Origin: Antedon mediterranea
Taxonomy: Eukaryota; Animalia; Echinodermata
Direction: 5' to 3'
Length of the DNA stretch: 64,000 nt
Assembly (NCBI RefSeq): GCF_964355755.1
Contig: NC_092671.1
Span: forward strand, 12,276,001-12,340,000
The position numbers and the translations under genes were made by a program. The notes below the pieces were generated by a model, which was given only the letters and a program-made list of their open reading frames with translations, did not search any database and was not told the DNA's origin. This document shows, in pieces, positions 56,201 through 64,000 of the stretch. The stretch's first letter is position 1; every line of letters begins with the position of its first letter.

Positions 56201-56770
56201 TATACTATTAAAGTAAGGTTTTTATGCTACAAGCAACTTTTTTTTTTTAGAAACACATGGTGTACCAAAAACCATTATTTTACTAGTGTTTATTAGTCAT
56301 GTAAACATTTGATACAAATATACAATATCATTAAAATATTACTGAAAACTGTGCTTCTACTAAAATATTTTCTTTTCTTTAATGCTGCAGAATCATAGTA
56401 TTATATTGTAAGTATTTGTAGAAAAATTTACCTTAATAACAATCCCTAATATGGGAACACCTTTGAGACCCACCAAAGTGTTCACTGAATAGGAGTTACC
56501 TGTCACAAGTGTTAAATACATTAACCATCATTCATTTCACCAAAAATCTTTCCCTTATAGGGGTGTCCCAAAGTAGGGGTTATACTGTTATATAATAATT
56601 GTTGTCTACAGAGTGACAATATATACATTGGTATTGTAATTTTTAAACTTCTTTTAGGAAACAAAACAGCATCTTGTGTAAAACAGAGACCAGATAAACT
56701 ACAGATGGGTACCAACCAAGGAAATAAATTCTTGTTTCCAGAATATGTCATACAGATATTATCAAACTGA
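32256..56770 (+). CDS. MYRIP: Rab27 effector MyRIP/melanophilin (Slac2) homologue, ~1783 aa in the longest model
   Basis: Exons 32256-32365, 32750-32968, 36718-36833, 37294-37401, 38378-38431, 40985-41109, 43840-46008, 46818-46946, 47451-47528, 47881-48426, 49295-49456, 52264-53557, 55043-55092, 55859-55937, 56658-56770 total 5352 nt in frame. Motifs: SHD1 MGRKLNLSHLSDGECRQILDVIQRDFRLRQKE; FYVE-like zinc finger; SHD2 FEWYYDKIKDRFRRYGSAKVVRSLY; MyRIP-like blocks ALKVIATTENVI and LEEKVYLSASHVFSLEDKL…LEDELALTLAQVAHSENQV…EDRI. The small middle exons and last three exons are less certain. It may be co-orthologous to MLPH and MYRIP. Confidence 0.88.
33018..33517. mobile_element. 500-bp MITE with 3-bp AAT TSD (PHIS/Harbinger-group-like)
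   Basis: TIRs agagactttacaaaacacgatgg / cccgttgtgttttgtaaagtccct; AAT on both sides (33015-17, 33518-20). Confidence 0.75.
48579..49105. mobile_element. Non-autonomous element with TTAA TSD and AG…CT ends (Kolobok-like)
   Basis: ttaa|agatgtattgtccctt … aagggacaatacatct|ttaa. A related end, ttaaagacatattgtcccc, occurs near 40332. Confidence 0.8.
50606..50931 (+). mobile_element. tRNA-derived SINE with Nin/Deu-like central domain and (TTCAA)n tail
   Basis: A box tggccgagcgg, B box ggttcgaggc. The core cttctcggataaggactataaaccgtaggtcc…ttaaagaacc…gagtagggg…ccccggtg resembles the recalled Nin/Deu SINE domain. A near-identical reverse copy lies at 63 kb. Confidence 0.9.
54705..54860 (+). mobile_element. 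Most complete agctctgtctacact-family MITE
   Basis: taa|agctctgtctacac … gtgtagacagagct|tta; TWA-type flanks. Confidence 0.85.
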
Positions 56771-57149
56771 AATCACCTTGGACATCTTTGCATATGATTA
56801 TTTTACCTAAGTAGCGAGTTAATTTGTTTTTACTTAACCTCTATACTGTATTTATTTTAACATAAGAACAGTGGTGAAAATGTCAATGGCTTTAGACCAC
56901 TACATGTAATCTATTTCTGACAAAAGTGTATGCTTTAATATATTGCAATTCTACCAAAATCAACAGATGTGTTTTTCAACCTTTATTAATTTCAATCAAT
57001 GGTAAACAATACAATAACAACATAATATAATATATGATATACATATACAAATGTACACAACACAATGCAATGATATACAGTTATATACACATAAATTTAA
57101 AATGATAGAAAATAATATAATTAGTATTTATTCTTTTACAGACGTTAGC

Positions 57150-57627
57150 TAAATATGAAAAAAAAAACATTAGTTACCCCATCCATCAGTATTTTATTGT
57201 CATTGGTACAGAAGTGTCGCTGGTGAAGTCATGTGTTCTCCATGATGTCATGCCTGCGTACTGCTTTGGTAATTATATGGAATAAATATTGCATTAATTT
57301 TGTATATGCTTAAAAGCTATTGAAATACTACCCAAATCAACATTATGGGATTTTTTAAATAAAAAAAGTACATATACAGTATGTACGCATAAAATACAAT
57401 GTAATATTAATAATATATATATAGTCATTTACAAATAAATAAAAGAAAATAATAGACAATAATATTACTCAAATTCTGGACAATTTAGAAAAAAGAAACA
57501 TTTGTTATACATCCATCAGTATTATATTGTCATTGGTACAGAAGTGTCGCTGGTGAAGTCATGTGTTCTCCATGATGTCATGCCTGCGTACTTCTTTAGT
57601 AATGATATGGAAAGAATATTACATTAA
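57150..57627. repeat. ~330-bp tandem duplication with identical core, downstream of MYRIP stop
   Basis: tattgtcattggtacagaagtgtcgctggtgaagtcatgtgttctccatgatgtcatgcctgcgtact is identical at ~57196 and ~57526. Confidence 0.9.
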
Positions 57628-58203
57628 CATTATCTTGTATTTTGGTTGTAAAGTATATACAATCAGAATTGTATTATTGTATTGTACTATAAAAATTAAA
57701 CTAAACAAATTTATCTAAATAGGCCAGTTATATTTTGTTAAAATATTTATAATATATACAGTAGTATGGTTTATTTCTTTATGATGCTTTTTAATAATAA
57801 CAAAAAATGTTTAATTACAAAAAAGTATAAATTCTTATTACAAAATTATCATAAACAAAATTAAATTCTTATTTTTAATGAAGTAGAAGATTAAAATTGT
57901 TTGTATTTAAACAAAATTATTTTACATTTTTAAAAAGGGAAATACATTTACGTACATTTAATAACATCACAAAAACATAAAAATACAATAACAAATAAAA
58001 GTGCTAGTTTATAAACTGAGAAAACATCTTCAAAATGACCTGGTTTTTTTTCTTCAAATTTTGAACAATTGTTTAAATTTAAATTTTATCAGGTTCTTGT
58101 ATTTTTTTTTTATACCAGTGGTATAAGGCAATTAGTAATAAAAGCTATTGAACTTGCATATAAATTACTGTATGATAATTGGCAAGCCATGACTGTTGTA
58201 TAA

Positions 58204-58317
58204 AGCCCTGTCTACACTATCAAACTTTATGTGACAAAAAATGTGCCCATATATGGACATGATTATGTCATATCACTACCATAATTTAGCATATCACTAC
58301 CATATTTGGGCACATCA
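58204..58317 (+). mobile_element. 3'-truncated agctctgtctacact-family MITE
   Basis: agccctgtctacactatcaaactttatgtgacaaaaaatgtgcccatatatggacatg…catatttgggcacatca. Confidence 0.75.
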
Positions 58318-59122
58318 TGTGGTTGTTTTCGTGTCAATTTTCCTGATGGATTTCTCTTGATTTTGTTGCTCACTTATGAGGTGAAGCTAAACTGTTGTTC
58401 TGATGTCGTGCTAAGCAATAACAGTCAGTGTGGCCGCAGCAGTATATTAATTTGAGTTATTTTTAAAGCATTTTAATATACATTAGAGTCATTTCCTTCC
58501 TCTGTCAAAAATATTTGGTCAAAAAGTACTGTTCTTTCACTCACTCAATAGCTGATAATTTATATAAATTTGTCAAATATGGTATATTGATTAATCATAT
58601 CATTAATATATTGGATATATGTATATATACCAATGTGATTGTTTATGAATACCATGATAATAATGTGCATATCATTAACTAAATATGGTGTTTTTTTTGC
58701 AAGTCTATAACCAAATATGGTTAAATAAATTTGCATATATATGTGTATGATTATAATATTTATTCAATACTATGATTATGTACATTTTGAATATGATTGT
58801 GATTACTATACTTTAAGATATATATTGAAATGTCTCTTGCGATCGGAAAGTTGAATGTTTTAGTGCAACCATATCCTAAAGGCATGAAAGGTGATATAAT
58901 TACCGTAATTATGATTACAGTTGTAAACCATTGTAAGTTAAGATACGAGAAGACATCGTGTATTTTAAGAAACAGTAGTGTGATAGCTTGGTGGTTAACA
59001 TTGATTCACGTTTGGTAAATGTATGTATGCAAGATTGGAAAAAAAACAATCATAAATTACACAGTTTTGAACGTCACTGTAGATACGGATTGTTGTAGAT
59101 CATCAATTAAGCTATATATTAT

Positions 59123-59317
59123 ACAGGTGAATTAAGGGAACACCTTCAGGACCCAACAAAGTTTCCCTTAATCATATGAGTGTCCAATGAATAGAGATTA
59201 GTTTACTGTTGATACGAAACATAATTTCTCTCATTCGTTTCATAAGAAAATGTAACTGTCACTTTAATAGAGGTGTCCCTGCATAGGTGTGTCCCCTCTG
59301 AATATGTGTTAGCTGTA
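59123..59317. mobile_element. Degenerate Tc1/pogo-like MITE (relatives at ~36.4, 41.7-42.0, 54.9, 56.5 kb)
   Basis: tacagg…ctgta ends; shared internal ggaacacc/ggacacc and gaataggggtgtccc/tagaggtgtcc motifs. Confidence 0.5.
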
Positions 59318-61160
59318 TTGTCACATATAATGTTATTCATTCATTTCATGAGCAACTGTCCATTTTTAAATATAGATATTATAGAGAAGTATGTTTTATG
59401 TTATATATGAAATATCGATGTACTAGTATAATGTGTAATATTTAAAGTTGTATTTTTCTGCATGTAAATACACTTGTAAATCCTCTGTTACTGTATATAT
59501 CATACATGTAGAATAAAATATGTATACTTGCTGTGTGTAATAATATGTATATTTAATAGATTAAAATGTATTATAACAATATTATAATTAATATAATTTA
59601 CTTCATTGTAGTATATGTAACATTGTCTATGAAATTTAAAAAAATATATATATATATATATATATATAAATATATATAGATGTATTAAAATTATTGATTG
59701 GTGCTTTATAGTTATTTTAAACGGCAAATTTCCAAAGATAATGTAAATTTTAATAATACTGTTTGAGTTGGCAAAAATTAAATTAGGTTATCATAGTAAT
59801 ACCAGGGAAGAGTGAAATTACAATTGTAATTTCGCTCTTCCCTAGTAATACTACTATAGGCTAACATGGCCGCTCACAGGTAAACCACATACAAAGAAAC
59901 ACTATATATAAACTATTGGGAGTTGGATAAAAAATTTAAAATCATATATATTATTATTTATTTAAAATGTAAGAAAAAATGCTGTTTAAATAAAATTATA
60001 CTTTTCATATTAAAAGTAATCAGAAATAACTTAGACCTATGGAACCCATTTATAGAGAATTAGTAGTCGTTTCTTTCACAATTTTTTTACACTTTTTCTT
60101 TTGTTCAATAATTTTTTTCCTTTAAGATTTTGTCAACTGTTTTTTTTTAATATTTTACCTTGATTTGAGCAGTATCAATGCATTTTAATTTTTTTATTGT
60201 AATCGTTTAATATTATGTACTTTGTTTGAAATACTGACGTCATTTAGGGTTCAATCCAGTTCAAAAATATTATTTTTAATATTTATTCTTTATAGGTCGA
60301 CAGTATAAATGTAATGAGGCACGATTTGATAAAGACAAGTTTGTTGATATAAATCAAGTATGTGGAAACGTTTTCAAAAATGTTTAATTAATAGCAGTAA
60401 TTTTTTTTTCGATGTTTTTTCATATACGGTTTGGTGCGTTATGCGTTTTAAAAACAAACTCACCTGCTTCCCTCGTGAAATGAAAATGTTGTCAGAGGTC
60501 AATATTCATTAAATTTAATTAAAATAGGAAAACAATATTTGTTATACTCTTCGTAAATTGTTAGTGATTTTATATTGAATATATAAAAAATGAACGGACA
60601 TGATCAAGTGTGTTAAGACGACAAATCACCTGTTTGCGAATATGTGTTTATTAATTACTTTAGAAAAGTATTTCACTGGAACCAGGCCATATTTCCCCAC
60701 CACAGTGATACACGATGGGTATTCCAGTGGAGTTATCTCCCTTTCCCGTAAAGTTGAAAAATCAAAGTATTAGTAGTGGTTGTAATCAATGTAATATAAA
60801 TAGGTATTGCTTATGGAACTCAACTTGTCAGTACCTGCCGCCTATTTTGGGATTGTCTGCCCTAGAGGTTAAGATATACACATTGTATTTAAAATGTCAC
60901 AATTTTATTTATTATAGTCTATGCATTATTATTGGTTTATAAACCGAGTTTGATTTACAATTGCTTAGTTGGTATTTTCTTTGTTGTAACGTTTATTTGA
61001 CCCATGTTGATGATTATGATCATGTTTCGTAATGATATTAATATTACGACAACATACTCATGTGAACTTTTGCCGGTTCACTGCAAACGACATCAACTTT
61101 AGTACCGTACTTTACACACCTTTCGGTCCTGAATAATTTCATTTCGATGGCGGAGTTAAT

Positions 61161-61425
61161 ACACAGTGTTGCATCACAACGTCTTCATCTTTGTCAATTA
61201 TTTCACAATTTATCTTTGTCAATATCATCATTATTATCACCATGGTCGTAATCAATATTTGTGATATTATTATCTAACATACACTTCTGAACAAATTCAT
61301 TCCGATTGCGGTGCTAGTACACAGTGTTGCATCACAACGTCTTCATCTTTGTCAAAGTATGTCACAATTCATCTTATATCATTATTATCACCATGGTCGT
61401 CATCAATATTTCTGACATATATTAT
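61161..61425. repeat. Local duplication (~158-bp spacing)
   Basis: acacagtgttgcatcacaacgtcttcatctttgtcaa…attattatcaccatggtcgt.atcaatattt at 61161 and 61319. Confidence 0.85.
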
Positions 61426-61755
61426 TTACAAAGCAGATACATTTAAATACCTCAATTGCTTAAATAAAATTTAATATACATTCTCTAATAACATAGTGCA
61501 TACTTTATAACATTACAATACCAACTATGGGGAGTGAATCGATTATTAAACAAATGCTACTTTCAACTCGTGTCACTCAAAAGGCTTGTGATTGAGATGG
61601 TTTTTCTGTCGAAGAAAGAAATCCATGTGTATTTTTTGATACGATCTATATGATTCCCCAGTACAGATCGTCGTATTCTATATTAATAATTATATATGTC
61701 ATCTTTGCCTCATTGTTTCTTTCTCGATATGGCCTCCTCTTGTTATAGTTTGTCT

Positions 61756-63174
61756 TCATAAAATAACGCATGTTTCACTTTTGTTTGTCCTTTGCTTTTT
61801 GTTATCTTTAACTTCTGCAGTTTCCTAAAAAAAGAAGTAAAAGTATAGGCTAAATTAAAATTGATTATTCAGCTCTAATTGTTTCAATAGCTGTCTTCAT
61901 TTAAACAGTTGATAAGGGACACGTTGTGTTCTGCGTTGAATACTATTGTTTTGTAGAATTTTCCAATCGAATTCTTACTTGTTATTCTTAGCTATAATTA
62001 CAACTTACCGCCACCTCGAAGTCTTCGTCTTCACAGTCCATCAGATCACCTCCCTGTTGGTCTTCCTCTGCAGCGGTCTGTAGAAACCGGTTTATATACT
62101 CCAATCAATACTAGTAATTATTACTGCATTTTTATCTAAATAATTATTATGTCGAATATTTCACCTAGTGTTCTTACAAGTCGTTGTTATAATACGTGGT
62201 TTAAAGTGAGATTTGCAATCGGAACTGGCGTCTGCATAATAATTATTAAGTAAAATATTCCGAATTTATTTACTCTCATTACTCTCATGATCGATACTGG
62301 TTTTTTATCGTCGATAATTTCTATCTCTCTTCCTCCCCACGTTGCACATTTCTGTTAGACTATTTCGTTTCACAGTTTTAATGATATTTTGTTAAATATA
62401 AATGTAACTGTTGTCATCTTAGATAATTAATTTCAAATAAAACTTCGATGTTAATTATTTAATAATAAATAACAAATGTTCACCTCGATTGTCCCTACTG
62501 TGTTTCCGTTCGAATCTGCTTCTTCTTTTGCATCTTTGGTCTTGTGATGCTATTAAATGATGATATTCAATATTAATATAGTTTAAAAATGCATTTTAAA
62601 GGCCAACTCAGACAGGTCTGACGAGTCGTCTCGTCGGGAGATAATTAAACATGTTTAAGGTTCTCGCGACGACGACCTAAAAACTACGCCCGACGCTATC
62701 TCAAGACGACTTGTCTCGTCGGGATTCAACTCACCAGACAGCACCGATGAGTCAAGACTTTTCGTCCGTCCTCGTCGTACGACGCTGTATGAGTTGTCCT
62801 TACGACAACGTTTCGGAAGACGCAGACCGAAAAATAGAAAAGGTTCGAATTTTGTGACATATTAATTGTGACGTTAAACTATTAAAGATTGGTTCCCACT
62901 AGCGACGTAAGAAAATGCCCTTCCAATACAGTAATTCTGTTTTCCCCCGCCTGCGTGAAATCAAACATGCGATGTTTGCAGTATTGTTGATTGAATTGAT
63001 TGAAATATATATTTATACTGGGTAACCTCTTCAGTCAAAGACTGGTCTCCCAGAGGGCCCAGTTGGTGATCAGTGGCTGTGATGTACTAATAGGCCTACA
63101 CCGGGGTAACTCCTTACTCGTCTCGAAAGATGTACTAGGTTCTTTAAAGTGCACATGAGCTATATGTGTACACT

Positions 63175-63207
<33 letters not shown>

Positions 63208-64000
63208 TTCGTTCTACCACCAGAACCATGGAGTGAGTGAGCCTCGAACTCCTGCCGATGTTATGGCTACGTAATGACGGTTCCACTGTCTTAACCGCTC
63301 GGCCATTCACTCACTGCTTGCTTCGTAATTACGCAATACAGCACTTTGCGTCAATACGTCGTACGTTGCGTTACGTTGCGTCGCTAGTGGGAACCACACT
63401 TTAATACAGTAGTTTGTTTAGTTTAACGTCACAGTTTATATGTCCCAAAAGTCGAGTCTTTTCTATTTTTCGGTCTGCGTCTTCCACCTTCACATCACTT
63501 AAAACTTTCTCATGGTTATATGGTACGGGGTATGGTATTATTACCTCTATATGCTGCTTCTTCAATGTGTCGTCAATCAGTTGTGTGATTTCATCCAGGT
63601 CCTTCTTAATAGATAAAGTACGAGCCGTTTCATTTACTGGTTCACCTCCTGACTTGTCTTCACACTATAAAAGAGATGACGATATTTACACCATGTTATA
63701 TTATACGATTGTAAACACTGGCTGCCGTCGAATTAGACCTATCGATTGGACCGTATTAAAACGTTACCTGTATATCCGAAATTGAGAAAATAAATATAAA
63801 TAGATCAGTATCCATGGATATGATGCACACCGTGTATTCACAGTTGACTTTAAGCTTTTAGTATCTAATTGATTTACGGATAGGTAACTTGCTGTTATGA
63901 GAACAATAATATTATCATCAACATTTTGTTGTAGTGTTGTAAACGTTTTCCAACCTGAATGGTATAAGTAAGATTCGCTTCTTTCTCAATCAGGAATCTG
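61756..64000 (-). CDS. 3' part of a second ankyrin-repeat protein with CaaX box (…KKQRTNKSETCVIL*)
   Basis: Minus-strand phase-0 exons, all GT-AG: >64000-63955 (RFLIEKEANLTYTIQ), 63664-63545 (CEDKSGGEPVNETARTLSIKKDLDEITQLIDDTLKKQHIE), 62549-62484, 62077-62009, 61824-61756 (ETAEVKDNKKQRTNKSETCVIL*). FLIEKEANL is an ankyrin C-terminal helix pattern. Confidence 0.75.
62600..62800. mobile_element. Harbinger-like MITE
   Basis: aggccaactcagacag … ctgtatgagttgtcct inverted ends; CpG-rich internal gacgac/gtcgtc palindromes. Confidence 0.65.
62886..63400. mobile_element. MITE interrupted by a SINE
   Basis: ttaa|agattggttcccactagcgacg … cgtcgctagtgggaaccacact|ttaa. Confidence 0.8.
62987..63315 (-). 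mobile_element. Second copy of the tRNA-derived Nin/Deu-like SINE
   Basis: Reverse complement of 50606-50931 with scattered substitutions and a 6-bp insertion at 63091. Confidence 0.9.

Noticed and set aside
61161-61425. Acidic coding-like sequence on the minus strand in the duplicated block
   Set aside because: The frames I translated close quickly with stops, and I saw no supporting splice sites.
63414-63785. 123-aa plus-strand ORF
   Set aside because: Antisense shadow of the minus-strand ankyrin exon plus repeat sequence.

Overview
AT-rich, intron-rich animal genomic DNA, probably an invertebrate deuterostome such as an echinoderm (inferred from gene content and SINE type). I assembled five spliced genes by hand from GT-AG sites and frame continuity. 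(1) The 3' end of importin beta-1 (+, to 1635). (2) A MUC3/12/17-like transmembrane mucin (+, 5291-11388) with five tandem copies of the EGF C-loop. (3) A 266-aa ankyrin-repeat protein ending in CaaX 'CLII' (+, 13882-20268), with an RFX X-box upstream. (4) A greatly enlarged MyRIP/melanophilin-type Rab27 effector (+, 32256-56770). (5) The 3' end of a second, apparently paralogous ankyrin protein ending in CaaX 'CVIL' (-, 61756 to >64000). Non-coding DNA holds several MITE families, two copies of a tRNA-derived SINE, a D-arm-truncated tRNA-like unit, a minimal hammerhead ribozyme and a G-rich minisatellite. It also shows many apparent transposon excision footprints: short palindromes in 7-bp duplications (P-element type), and TA-GGCC-TA / TA-CAG-TA insertions, two of which are demonstrated by comparing repeat copies. 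Best candidates for something new are a prenylated, possibly ciliary ankyrin family, the footprint signature, the ribozyme and the EGF C-loop array. No database searches were run; family assignments are from recalled motifs.
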